From Candidatus Thorarchaeota archaeon (lineage in GTDB: Archaea > Asgardarchaeota > Thorarchaeia > Thorarchaeales > Thorarchaeaceae), in assembly GCA_020348985.1 (NCBI GenBank), contig CP070761.1, positions 1,075,713 to 1,139,712 of the forward strand: a stretch of 64,000 nt of DNA. Direction: 5' to 3'. A model generated the notes under the pieces. That model was not told where the DNA came from. It worked only from the letters and a program-made list of their open reading frames with translations, and ran no database searches. A program made the position numbers and the translations under genes. Below, piece after piece: positions 28,586-38,301 of this stretch. Within the stretch, counting starts at the first letter, position 1, and each line of letters opens with the position of its first letter.

Positions 28586-31324
28586 ATGCCTGAGAAACCG
28601 TTTGGTTCTGGATATTTCGGCGAATGGATAGGAGATGAGTTTGGACTGCCGGCCTACCGCTATACATGTGATCAGGTACGAGACTCGAAAGCGGCTACTC
28701 AGGTCAACGAGGAATGGAGGCCAAGCACCGATCACCTTCACCAAGTTGGAAATGACAGGTTTGTGGCAGTCGCTTCGAACTACGGACATGTGCAGCTAAG
28801 ACAGGACGAAGGTAGTCCGAAGTTTCTGAACGACTACGATCCTGCACGATCTCAGTTTGGAGGCGGCATTGGGTACTTAACAGATGGAGAAGTAGTGGTT
28901 AGCACCTTCTATAACGACCAAGTTGAATCATTCGACCGTGTTTTTGGAATCGGATACTTCAGAAAAACTGTCAAAGCACATGGACTCGTCGTTGATCAGA
29001 TTGTCTTTGCCCCTTTTGGCGACGACCCACTTGTGATATCACAGGTCACGATTAAGAATGAACGGAGCCAAAGCGTGGACCTCAAATGGGTTGAGTATTG
29101 GGGATGTCAGCTCTATCAGTTTTCATTTAGATCCTTCATAATGTCGTTTGCCCAAGACAAGTCAACATCTGAGATCCGAAGAGAGTTTAGCCGTAGGTTT
29201 GATCACAAGTTTGAGCTTTTTGCCAACTGCAGGGGCCTCATAAACTCAAAACGTTTCAAGGGGCGAACTTTGTCTGATAGGGCAACCTGGAAAGGAGTGA
29301 ATGCATACCTTGCTACAAAAGGAAAGCATCTTACTGGAGGTCCTGTAAAACCACCAATCAAAGAAACTGTCTTGGAAGACGAGTCGCCTCCAACTACATT
29401 TCTTGTCTCGCTCGACGCTCCAGCTATAGGTGTGAGTACAAATGCTATCGAATTCTTCGGGGCCGGCGGGGTGGAGTCCCCTGATCGGATAAAGGAGACT
29501 CTGCCGCTCGAGATTACGAGTCACAAATCCGAAACCGGGATGTTTTTGCAGCGTGGAATGAGTCTAGGACCCGGAGAAGAAAAGACCATCTACTTCGCCT
29601 ACGGGTACTTGCCTGAGAGTTATGAGCTGGAATCACTAGTCACCAAGTACGAGCAAAATCTTGTCAACTTGCTGGCAGAATCGTGCAACAGATGGAAGAG
29701 GAGTAGAATTCACCTTCTTATTGATGGTGAGGACTGGGTTGAGCGTGAACTAGCATGGCACAGCTATTACCTTAGAAGCAATCTCACGTTTGATGCATTC
29801 TTCAATGAACACATATTGTCTCAGGGCCATTTGTATCAATATCTCATTGGAATCCAGGCGGCCGCCAGGGATCCACTCCAGCACGCCCTACCGTTTGTCT
29901 TCACGGACCCTGACATAGTGAAGAACATTATTCGCTATACACTGAAGACAGTTAGTCCAGAGGGAGAAATCCCGTACGGAATTGTTGGTAGCGGTTTGTA
30001 TATGCCCTCACCTTGGAAGCCTAGCGATCAGCAGCTATGGCTCTTCTGGTTAGTAAGTGAATATGTGCTTGCCAATCGAGATACTGACTTTCTTGATGAG
30101 ATCCTTCCCACATATCCAATATACGGACGAAAAGCAGGTAAAGCGTCCGTTCGAGAACTACTCACACGTTGTTTTCGGTATTTTGTAGACAAGATAGGAA
30201 CTGGCAAGCATGGACTCATGCGGCTAGCAAGGGGCGACTGGAATGACGTGGTTGTAATCGGACACGTAAAGGATGAGCAGCGAGACGAGGTCGCAGAGGT
30301 AGGAGAGAGCATCTTGAACTCCAGCATGGCTACCTATGTGCTAGATCACTATTCCCGACTCCTTGGATTCGTTGGTGATGACCTGCTGGCCAAGGAGTCC
30401 CTGGAGTTTGCTGATGGCCAACGTGATGCGGTAACCAAGCAGTGGACAGGAAACTGGTTTAGACGTGCTTGGCTTGGCAGCGAAATTGGCTGGGTAGGTA
30501 CTGATATCATGTGGCTGGAACCACAACCCTGGTCAATAATCGGCAATGCGGCGGATGATGAACAAAAAGGGACTCTATTGCAGGTCATTGGTGAAAAGGC
30601 TCAGCGTTTCTCAAAGCATGGCGCCACGATTCTCTCAACTCCTCTAGATCAGGTGCCAGGAGGTCCAGGGGTTGGTACAAACGCAGGAGTCTGGCCCTCA
30701 ATAAATGGCACACTTGTCTGGGCATTGGCCCTAATGGATGGCTCTAAGGCATGGGAAGAGTGGAAGAGAAACACACTAGCATTTCATGCAGATAGCTATC
30801 CTGAAGTTTGGTACGGAATATGGAGTGGGCCTGATACATACAACTCGGAGTTCTCAGATTCTCCAGGTCAGACAATCCAGATTGGTGAGAGAACTGGAGT
30901 AAGAGACGCTGCAGAGGACAGCGGCCTGGAAGACGAAGGATTCCTAGGTGTGGGTTGGACCGATTTCCCTGTATTCAATATGCACCCACATGCGTGGCCC
31001 CTGTATACGACAGCTAAGATGCTCGGAATCGAGTTCAACATCGAAGGCCTTGAAATCTCTCCGTCCCTGCCACACCAAAAATACGAATTCAATTCACCGC
31101 TCTTGGATTTCGAGAAATCTGAAACAGGGTATAAGGGGAAATATGCGCCAATGGTCCGAGGAACTTGGAAAGTTGTCATCAACCTCGGAGAAGAAGAGAC
31201 TGGACGGCTCTCCACAGCAGTTGTCAATGGGATGGAGCAGGAAATCATAAAGGAAGAAGACCGGGTGATCATCACCGGAACGAGTGCACCAGAAGAACCG
31301 CTCACATGGGAGCTAAAATACTGA
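28586..31324 (+). CDS. GH94-like glycoside phosphorylase/hydrolase with (alpha/alpha)6 barrel
   Basis: HQVGNDR N-terminal domain, ARDPLQ, SDQQLWL, GKHGL.RL..GDWND, GESILN, W.G.WF.RAW; no signal peptide. Confidence 0.72.
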   Translation: MPEKPFGSGYFGEWIGDEFGLPAYRYTCDQVRDSKAATQVNEEWRPSTDHLHQVGNDRFVAVASNYGHVQLRQDEGSPKFLNDYDPARSQFGGGIGYLTDGEVVVSTFYNDQVESFDRVFGIGYFRKTVKAHGLVVDQIVFAPFGDDPLVISQVTIKNERSQSVDLKWVEYWGCQLYQFSFRSFIMSFAQDKSTSEIRREFSRRFDHKFELFANCRGLINSKRFKGRTLSDRATWKGVNAYLATKGKHLTGGPVKPPIKETVLEDESPPTTFLVSLDAPAIGVSTNAIEFFGAGGVESPDRIKETLPLEITSHKSETGMFLQRGMSLGPGEEKTIYFAYGYLPESYELESLVTKYEQNLVNLLAESCNRWKRSRIHLLIDGEDWVERELAWHSYYLRSNLTFDAFFNEHILSQGHLYQYLIGIQAAARDPLQHALPFVFTDPDIVKNIIRYTLKTVSPEGEIPYGIVGSGLYMPSPWKPSDQQLWLFWLVSEYVLANRDTDFLDEILPTYPIYGRKAGKASVRELLTRCFRYFVDKIGTGKHGLMRLARGDWNDVVVIGHVKDEQRDEVAEVGESILNSSMATYVLDHYSRLLGFVGDDLLAKESLEFADGQRDAVTKQWTGNWFRRAWLGSEIGWVGTDIMWLEPQPWSIIGNAADDEQKGTLLQVIGEKAQRFSKHGATILSTPLDQVPGGPGVGTNAGVWPSINGTLVWALALMDGSKAWEEWKRNTLAFHADSYPEVWYGIWSGPDTYNSEFSDSPGQTIQIGERTGVRDAAEDSGLEDEGFLGVGWTDFPVFNMHPHAWPLYTTAKMLGIEFNIEGLEISPSLPHQKYEFNSPLLDFEKSETGYKGKYAPMVRGTWKVVINLGEEETGRLSTAVVNGMEQEIIKEEDRVIITGTSAPEEPLTWELKY

Positions 31325-31332
31325 ATCGCGGG

Positions 31333-32388
31333 ATGAAAATGGACTCTCGGGAGTTGACTCTCACAGCCATCGAAGGAATCCCCGATAGAGTTCCATTCAA
31401 TCCGTTCATAATGCATCTTGCCGCTGCTGTCGATGGAATTGACTACTCAAATGTATACTGCAAGAATGCCGCTGTTCTTGCCGAAGCTCAGATGAGATTC
31501 GCAGACAGCTTTGGGATTGACCACGTTCATGTGTCAACTGATGCCTATAGGGAGGCAAGTGCTTGGGGAGTTGAAGTGGATTTCTCCGGCCATACACCAG
31601 TGCCCAAGAAACATCTCACCATGGATGACTTTGACTCAGTAGAAGAGCCGGATCTGAATTCTGCTATTCGCATTCAGAATCGAATCGAAGCCGTTCGGTT
31701 GCTAAGTGGGAAAGTAGGATCCAAGCAATGTGTCGTCGGCTGGATCGAGGCCCCATTCGCCGAGATTTGCTGCCTTTTTGGCTTGATGGAGGTCCTGAAG
31801 ATGGCACGATACGAGGATTGGAATGAACGAGTGTCCAGTCTGATTTCTCGCATTATGTCAATTCAGAATGAGTTCGCTGAAATGCAGATTGAGGCAGGTG
31901 CCGATGTCATTGGCGCTGGTGATTCCGCGGTCTCTCAGATTGGACCAAAGCGATTCGAAGAAGCGTGTCTCGAATCGACACAAGGATTGTTCTCTGAGAT
32001 CAGAAAACGGGTTCCAGTGCTATACCATGTGTGTGGGAACAGCTCGGCAATTGATAAGGATGGACGAGATATGCTCAAACTGGTAGCTGATTCGGGGTCT
32101 TCAATCTTGGACATTGATTATCAAGTCGATCTTCATGCGGCTAAGCAGAAAGTAGGGCAAAGCGTGTGCCTCCGAGGAAACACAAATACCGCTTTGCTAG
32201 GAGACCGTGCCTACTCGTCTGCAGAGGTCACTAGTAAAATCGTCGAATGTGTTGAGGCAGGAAAGCCAGGAGGAAGATACATGTATTCAGCTGGCTGCGA
32301 GTGGCCATGGGAACCACTTGAGCTAGCAACAAATAACCTCAGGATTGCGAAGAAGCTGGTTGATAGAGAGGGGGTTTACTTGAGATGA
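31333..32388 (+). CDS. MtaA/CmuA-type methylcobamide methyltransferase (UroD superfamily, HxC...C type)
   Basis: PDRVP, EASAWG, EAPFAE, AGAD.I..GDS, LYHVCGN, RGN, SAGCE. Confidence 0.88.
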   Translation: MKMDSRELTLTAIEGIPDRVPFNPFIMHLAAAVDGIDYSNVYCKNAAVLAEAQMRFADSFGIDHVHVSTDAYREASAWGVEVDFSGHTPVPKKHLTMDDFDSVEEPDLNSAIRIQNRIEAVRLLSGKVGSKQCVVGWIEAPFAEICCLFGLMEVLKMARYEDWNERVSSLISRIMSIQNEFAEMQIEAGADVIGAGDSAVSQIGPKRFEEACLESTQGLFSEIRKRVPVLYHVCGNSSAIDKDGRDMLKLVADSGSSILDIDYQVDLHAAKQKVGQSVCLRGNTNTALLGDRAYSSAEVTSKIVECVEAGKPGGRYMYSAGCEWPWEPLELATNNLRIAKKLVDREGVYLR

Positions 32389-33557
32389 ACTCAAGAGAAC
32401 GTGTAATGGCAGCGCTAAATCATATACAACCAGACATGGTTCCACTTGACCTCGGTGGCAACCAATCGGGAATTCACATCATTGCCTACAAGCGTCTTTT
32501 GGAGTTTCTTGAAATAGAAGAAACTGAAGTCTGTTACCTCGACTTCATTCAACAGGCAGCGATGCCGTGTGAGGAGCTGTTAGAGCGTTTTGACATAGAT
32601 GTCAGGTGGTTGCGTCCGTCGTCCTCGATAATGCCGGAAAGCTTCGTACCGGATGTGGAGGGTGAACACCAAGGAATCTGGGACCAGTTTGGTGTGTTTT
32701 GGGGAAACAGTGCGGAAAAGGATCTTGAGGATGTTCTCTACTATGACCCGGTCATTCACCCCCTTGAAGATATGAAAACTGAGCAAGAGATAAGAAATTA
32801 TGAATGGCCCAATGGAACCGACAAGACTCCAATGAAGGGATTGAGGAAACAGGCAGAATTTCTTCGAGAGAAGACTGACTATGCTATTGCCACGCCCCCA
32901 CTCGGATGCATCTACGAGTACACAACATTTCTTTTCGGGTTCAGTACTGCGTTGAAACACTTGGTGAGGAATCCGAAGCTCATCGTCGCAACTATGGAAG
33001 AGCTTGAGAAGTACTGGACAGATTATGCGACGACCTTCTTGGCAGAGATCAAGTTTGGAGACGAGTACTATGTTGATATCGTATCAAACAATGGAGACCT
33101 ATCAGAACAGTCAGGCCCCATAATGAGCCCGAAGAGAATCTACGAACCGATAATCAAACCCATTGAACGCAAGTTTTCTGAGACACTTCACGGAATCGCT
33201 GATGTGAAGATCAACTATCATAGCTGTGGTTCGGTCCCCCACTTCATCCCCCACTTCTCTGAGATAGGATATGATGCTCTCAACCCGATTCAAGTTGGTG
33301 CCAACGACATGGAGCCCTGCAGCCTCAAGAAACGGTTCGGCAAGATGATTGCGTTCTGGGGAGGTTTGTGTGACACTCAGAGTACACTGCCGTTTGGGAC
33401 TCCAGAAGAAGTGAGAGAAGAGGTGAGACGTAACATGGCGTGCTTCAAACCAGGGGGAGGGTATATCGCTTCAAACATCCACAACATCACGGCCGAGGTG
33501 CCACCCGAAAACATCGTTGCTATGTTTGATGCGGCTCGAGATAGCAGGCACTACTAG
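32385..33557 (+). CDS. UroD/MtaA superfamily methyltransferase-like protein (HxC...H type)
   Basis: MNSRERVMAALNH.QPD.VP.DLGG, DQFG, YHSCGS, LNPIQ, FWGG, PGGGYI...IHNI. Confidence 0.9.
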   Translation: MNSRERVMAALNHIQPDMVPLDLGGNQSGIHIIAYKRLLEFLEIEETEVCYLDFIQQAAMPCEELLERFDIDVRWLRPSSSIMPESFVPDVEGEHQGIWDQFGVFWGNSAEKDLEDVLYYDPVIHPLEDMKTEQEIRNYEWPNGTDKTPMKGLRKQAEFLREKTDYAIATPPLGCIYEYTTFLFGFSTALKHLVRNPKLIVATMEELEKYWTDYATTFLAEIKFGDEYYVDIVSNNGDLSEQSGPIMSPKRIYEPIIKPIERKFSETLHGIADVKINYHSCGSVPHFIPHFSEIGYDALNPIQVGANDMEPCSLKKRFGKMIAFWGGLCDTQSTLPFGTPEEVREEVRRNMACFKPGGGYIASNIHNITAEVPPENIVAMFDAARDSRHY

Positions 33558-33576
33558 ATAGAGAATATAACATCCT

Positions 33577-34110
33577 TCATTGCTTGTTGAGCTTCAGTTT
33601 GAAGACCTTCTCGAATTTATCCAGCTTCGGCTTGATAACGTATCTGCAGTATGCTTGGTCTGGATTCTGCCTGAAGTAGTTCTGATGATAGTCTTCGGCT
33701 CGGTAGAAGACTGTGTACGGAGCAATTTCCGTTACGACCGGATTGCTCCAGACTCCGCTTTCATCAGCTCTGGCCTTGGCCGCTTCAGCCGCTTTCTTCT
33801 GCTCATCGCTGTGATAGAAAATGATTGAGCGGTACTGTGTGCCCACGTCATTTCCTTGACGATTGAGTGTAGTTGGATCGTGGGTTTCGAAGAAGACTTC
33901 CAAGAGGACTTCATAGGAGATTTGCTCTGGATTAAATGAAATCTGACAGACCTCAGCATGACCCGTGTTTCCTGTGGTTACTTGTCCATATGTAGGATTC
34001 TCAGCGGTGCCACCAGCATATCCTGATACAACAGAGGTGACTCCTTTGAGCTGCTGAAAGACGGCCTCAACACACCAGAAACAGCCGCCTCCGAATGTTG
34101 CTATTTCCAT
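33577..34110 (-). CDS. msrA: Peptide methionine sulfoxide reductase A
   Basis: GGCFWC, TGHAE, HDPTTLNRQGND.GTQYRS, AEDYHQNY, YC. Confidence 0.97.
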   Translation of the reverse strand: MEIATFGGGCFWCVEAVFQQLKGVTSVVSGYAGGTAENPTYGQVTTGNTGHAEVCQISFNPEQISYEVLLEVFFETHDPTTLNRQGNDVGTQYRSIIFYHSDEQKKAAEAAKARADESGVWSNPVVTEIAPYTVFYRAEDYHQNYFRQNPDQAYCRYVIKPKLDKFEKVFKLKLNKQ

Positions 34111-34178
34111 GATTTGAGAATCAACATTTCTAGTAATCAATAGTTAGGTAGTAGGAGCTTTTCCACGTGTGGCCTTTG

Positions 34179-35732
34179 CTAGACAGCACCTCTTCTTTTC
34201 GTAATAACAATAGCAACGATGAGAAAAGATACGAATCCCGCAATTGTGAGCGGTAGAAGCTCATCTGGCAGAATCCATGAGCTATTTCCAGGGTAGAAGG
34301 GAGGCGTCGGAGTGAATGTGCCTGCTGTGCCGTTTGGATAGTGATCGATTGCCCCTTCTCCGGGTATGACATAGACAGCACCTGGTACGAGATCGTCCCA
34401 GTAGTTACCGCACGAAACGCCATCGTCCCATGAGCTGCCTGTGCCCCAATCAAATGCGTTGTAGTCGATGTTCCCTCCGAAGGTGTTGTAGTAGATTTCG
34501 TGACCCCATGCGCTTTTTACCTGCAGACCAATACCACCATTCTCTAGAATCTCGTTGCCAATGATTCTGCACTCATAACCGTTGATAATCAGAATACCAT
34601 TTCCTGTGTTATCAGAAACCAAGCTGTCCAGAAGTTGAATTCTCCTACTGCCGTTAAGAAGACGAATTCCCGCCCAGTTTTGGGCGATGACTGCATCAGT
34701 AAGCGTGCAATTGCTTGAATTGCGCACCTGCACTCCATAATGGTTCTGGCTGGATGTAAAGCTTGAGATGTGGCAGTGACCGCTATAGGTCATTAGAACG
34801 CCCACGCTAGCACGATTGAACTCACCACCTTCGATGGACACGTTTCTGCAGTCAAAGAGAATCAGTTGTCCATAATCAGTACCGTCCAGCCAGGCATCTT
34901 CTAGATTATTGAAGTAACCGAGATTCTTCCCATTGACAGTGCAGTTTTCCACTGTGGCATTGTAATCGTACTTCTCAAGACTATCAAAGAACAGACCATT
35001 GTCGAGCAAAGTGTTGTTGATGATTGTGCTGTCCCACGATTCGAAGAGTCCGACCCCCCAAGTGAAATTGGAGATAGTATTGTTGTGCAGAATTATTGAT
35101 CCTGACTCACTTACATGAACTCCATTTCCTCCACCGTCTTGACGAGACCGCATAACATTAGACTCCAATTGACAATTGACTGAATCGAAGACTGAAACTC
35201 CACCACCTTCAATATGATTCCGTGAGACTAAGCAGTAGCTACTGGCCTCCAAGATTATTGGGTCCCAAGAATCTCGAATCTCACATCTCGTTATCCTGCA
35301 ATTCACAGATGCATCAAGGATGATACCGATATCAAGAGAAGAGAATGTGCAATTCTCGACTCTGCCGTTTCGTACCATTTGGAAAGAGACTCCGAATGAG
35401 TTGTTTTCCGGACTGTCTCTTGAAAACGTACAGTCTCTAATCACGAAATAGGAGACCGTTTCGATGATTGTGATGGCCGTGCCACTTGTTGAGAATTCGA
35501 GATTTGAGATCACATACGGATCATCTCCAGTGCCAGAACCTGGAAATCCCAAGTCAGTGAAATTGGAGTCATCTATTATCAGGATTGGATTATCTGACAC
35601 ACGGATGAGTGCAGCAGAGAAGAGCTTCTCTTCAAAAGGTTGCTTGGGTTGCTTTGATTCTCCGGGAATGCACACGAAAGACAACAGAAGCAACAACACA
35701 GCAAAACAGAACCCCGCTCTACCGCAATTCAC
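34179..35732 (-). CDS. NosD-like right-handed parallel beta-helix surface protein with C-terminal TM anchor
   Basis: Signal peptide, GFPGSGT..DPYVI, GI.L...S..C.I..N repeats, GNYWDD, TM then KRR. Confidence 0.88.
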   Translation of the reverse strand: MNCGRAGFCFAVLLLLLSFVCIPGESKQPKQPFEEKLFSAALIRVSDNPILIIDDSNFTDLGFPGSGTGDDPYVISNLEFSTSGTAITIIETVSYFVIRDCTFSRDSPENNSFGVSFQMVRNGRVENCTFSSLDIGIILDASVNCRITRCEIRDSWDPIILEASSYCLVSRNHIEGGGVSVFDSVNCQLESNVMRSRQDGGGNGVHVSESGSIILHNNTISNFTWGVGLFESWDSTIINNTLLDNGLFFDSLEKYDYNATVENCTVNGKNLGYFNNLEDAWLDGTDYGQLILFDCRNVSIEGGEFNRASVGVLMTYSGHCHISSFTSSQNHYGVQVRNSSNCTLTDAVIAQNWAGIRLLNGSRRIQLLDSLVSDNTGNGILIINGYECRIIGNEILENGGIGLQVKSAWGHEIYYNTFGGNIDYNAFDWGTGSSWDDGVSCGNYWDDLVPGAVYVIPGEGAIDHYPNGTAGTFTPTPPFYPGNSSWILPDELLPLTIAGFVSFLIVAIVITKRRGAV

Positions 35733-35908
35733 TGTATTTCAATCCCCTTGAACCACGTCAACGCCTACTATGTCATCTGTGCTCCTATTACTCTGTCGGC
35801 AAATGGTGCTGAACACCAATTCGTTTCCGGAAAGAGTTCTTTTGCGTATCAGATTGAGACCCGAATAGTGAAATGCAGGACCCACTAAGGATTAGTTGCG
35901 TGCGTAAC

Positions 35909-36484
35909 ATGGAATTCTACCCCTCTGAAGCCAAGGTCCCTGAGGAGCTTAGGACCGACGAGTTTGTCCTTCGACCACTTCGTGTCATCCACGCCGAGAT
36001 GGATTATGCGGCCTTAATGGACAGCAAAGAGTCCCTACGTATGATGAGTCAGAGCAGCTGGCCATCAGATGATTTCACCTTGGAGGAGAATCGTGCGGAC
36101 CTTCAGGAACACGAGAAAGAGCATATCGAACGAGAAGCATTCACATACACAGTTCTTGATTCGACTGGGGATACCTGCCTAGGCTGTATCTATATTGAAC
36201 ACTTGAAAGAGGGCCCAATGAAGGGCGACCATGCAGCTATGCTTCGCTTCTGGGTTCGTCAGCCTCGATTGGCTGATGACTTGGATCGACGTGTACTTGA
36301 TGCACTGATGGAGTGGTTCAGGAAGGATTGGGCCTTCTCGCGGGTGGTCTTTACTATTGCCGATGTAGATGAACGGCAAAGACAGTTGGCAAAGGATCTG
36401 GATCTTCGCCTCGTACGCAGTTATGGGGGCAAATGGTCAGAGTACCTAATCCTGGATCAGTCCGATTCCTCGACACCAGGATAG
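35909..36484 (+). CDS. GNAT-family (RimJ/RimL-like) protein
   Basis: FVLRPL...HAEMDY.A, FTYTVLD, CLGCIYI, FWVR. Confidence 0.75.
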   Translation: MEFYPSEAKVPEELRTDEFVLRPLRVIHAEMDYAALMDSKESLRMMSQSSWPSDDFTLEENRADLQEHEKEHIEREAFTYTVLDSTGDTCLGCIYIEHLKEGPMKGDHAAMLRFWVRQPRLADDLDRRVLDALMEWFRKDWAFSRVVFTIADVDERQRQLAKDLDLRLVRSYGGKWSEYLILDQSDSSTPG

Positions 36485-36903
36485 TACTCATCATACTGAA
36501 GGCGGAGTTCTTGAACATCGTCAAGCCTGCTCAGTTGCTGATTACACTCAATTGCATAGCGGAGAGCCCTCTTGTGGTCAGGGGCTTGAAGCAGAATCTC
36601 GTTTAACTTCTCAAGAGCTTCAATCCATTGGTCGCTCTCGTAATGATTCATTGCTTGATTATAGATCCCCTCCAATTGAGCATAGACATGGAGATTATCT
36701 CTATAGTCGTATATCTTGATCAGTGCTAGATCATGAAACACACCCACCAAGAATCCAACAACGAAAGCTGTAATCAAATCCGTCTGGGCAAATCCGATCC
36801 ATGCAAGTAGAGCTGCACCAGCTCCCCAACCTATAGGAGGATAAGCATATCCAAAGATCTTCCTTCCAATGGAAACCTCCCGCTTGACATTCACCAGTTT
36901 CAC
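36457..36903 (-). CDS. Hypothetical membrane protein with a C-terminal TPR-like helix pair
   Basis: Two TM helices then YNQAMNHYE...EALEKLNEILLQAPDH..A. Confidence 0.65.
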   Translation of the reverse strand: MKLVNVKREVSIGRKIFGYAYPPIGWGAGAALLAWIGFAQTDLITAFVVGFLVGVFHDLALIKIYDYRDNLHVYAQLEGIYNQAMNHYESDQWIEALEKLNEILLQAPDHKRALRYAIECNQQLSRLDDVQELRLQYDEYYPGVEESD

Positions 36904-37036
36904 CTATTCACGTGACCAACACAGTATCTCGATTATGAACTATAGCATTGACGTATTAGTATGGTGCACGTTTAAGCAAACCGCGATTGATTAGCTGAAA
37001 CCTGCGGCGAGTGATATGATGGCGCTTTGCAATATC

Positions 37037-37070
37037 TTTATATCAGAACGTTCCGTAAATGCGGAACGTT
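37037..37070 (+). promoter_or_regulatory. TATA box with adjacent 9-bp perfect inverted repeat (operator)
   Basis: TTTATAT (37037-37043) then AACGTTCCG-taaatg-CGGAACGTT (37047-37070). Confidence 0.7.
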
Positions 37071-37083
37071 AGACAGTCACCGC

Positions 37084-37377
37084 ATGGTTGTGATTACCTT
37101 GAAGAGTCTGATGAGCACGCCTCAACACTCATGGACAGACGGCACCCACCTAGCAGGCCTATACATGCGGATGGACTCGCTAGCACGCCTTCCTCGCGCC
37201 GCGCTTGGAATCATGCTTCCTCTATTCCTACTCTATCCCCTAATGGTGATCCCTGGGCTCTTCCTTTTGGTCCTCTCCTCAGAAATCCAGTTGGCTGAAG
37301 GTGTTTCTCAGTTCGCATTGGTAGTTGGGTACGCTCAGCCCAGGGATTCACCTCCAGTCACAGTTTTGCTCAAGTGA
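37084..37377 (+). CDS. Small hypothetical membrane protein
   Basis: ORF downstream of the promoter, one long hydrophobic segment, 6 nt before the next gene. Confidence 0.5.
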   Translation: MVVITLKSLMSTPQHSWTDGTHLAGLYMRMDSLARLPRAALGIMLPLFLLYPLMVIPGLFLLVLSSEIQLAEGVSQFALVVGYAQPRDSPPVTVLLK

Positions 37378-37383
37378 CCCCAA

Positions 37384-38301
37384 ATGAGTAAATCCAGTCT
37401 AAGAACACTGGCACGTGACCTCACAGTCGCCTTTAGGCTGGTGAGCAGGAACGTAACTTCATTTGCTTGGGCAATGTTCGGAATACTTATTGTTACTGCA
37501 ATCATGGTGGGTCTGCTCATTTTCTTTGTCACCATTCCCATCATTCTTACTTACGGGATCCAGTTCCTTGTTTGGTTGATCACACTAGTTGAAACGAGTT
37601 GGACGGCAACGAGCGGCACGGTCTTGTTGGGCATACTGTTCATCATATTCCTTCCACTATTGCTACCTGTTTTCGTTGCCCTCGGAGCTCTATACGGAAT
37701 GGCAAGAGAAATCGTTGAAAGTGAAGGCACGTCTGCTTCAGGTGTCTTCACTTGGTACAGAGCGAAGTTCCTCTCTCTAGCAGGCGCAGGCGTTCTTCAG
37801 TTTGTATTGATAGTCGGGCCACTTATGCCTCTCTCATACTTCGTCCCTGACATCATCATGGGAAACATAACGACAGAGATGATGGCGCTCATCGTTATGG
37901 TCATCATAGTCTGGGTGGTCTTCAGTTCTGGTTTCCTCTCACTCACATTTCCCGGGGTTATTGACAACCTCTCGGTTGTGAAGGCGGCTCGTCGTTCAAT
38001 CAGTCTTTCACGGAAGCATGTAGACAGGGTCTTCGGGATTTGGCTTACTTTCATACTGGTCTTCGCCTTTGCAGCCCTACCTACAATCCTCGGTGTTGTT
38101 TTTCAGTGGTTCAGCTCAATCGATAATGAGATTATCATTGCCTACAGCATCCTAATGTTGATCCTTTTGCTCCTTGTTGTACTCCCTGCAATGAGCATTG
38201 CACAAACTCGAGCCTATCTAATACTTTCCGCACAGAGTGATCAGTCATTTGAACCAAATCACGAGGCTGACGAATTCGTTAGAGGAGGCACATATCAATG
38301 A
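37384..38301 (+). CDS. Multi-pass membrane protein
   Basis: About 6-7 TM segments, A.RRSISLS motif; ATGA overlap with the downstream regulator. Confidence 0.8.
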   Translation: MSKSSLRTLARDLTVAFRLVSRNVTSFAWAMFGILIVTAIMVGLLIFFVTIPIILTYGIQFLVWLITLVETSWTATSGTVLLGILFIIFLPLLLPVFVALGALYGMAREIVESEGTSASGVFTWYRAKFLSLAGAGVLQFVLIVGPLMPLSYFVPDIIMGNITTEMMALIVMVIIVWVVFSSGFLSLTFPGVIDNLSVVKAARRSISLSRKHVDRVFGIWLTFILVFAFAALPTILGVVFQWFSSIDNEIIIAYSILMLILLLLVVLPAMSIAQTRAYLILSAQSDQSFEPNHEADEFVRGGTYQ

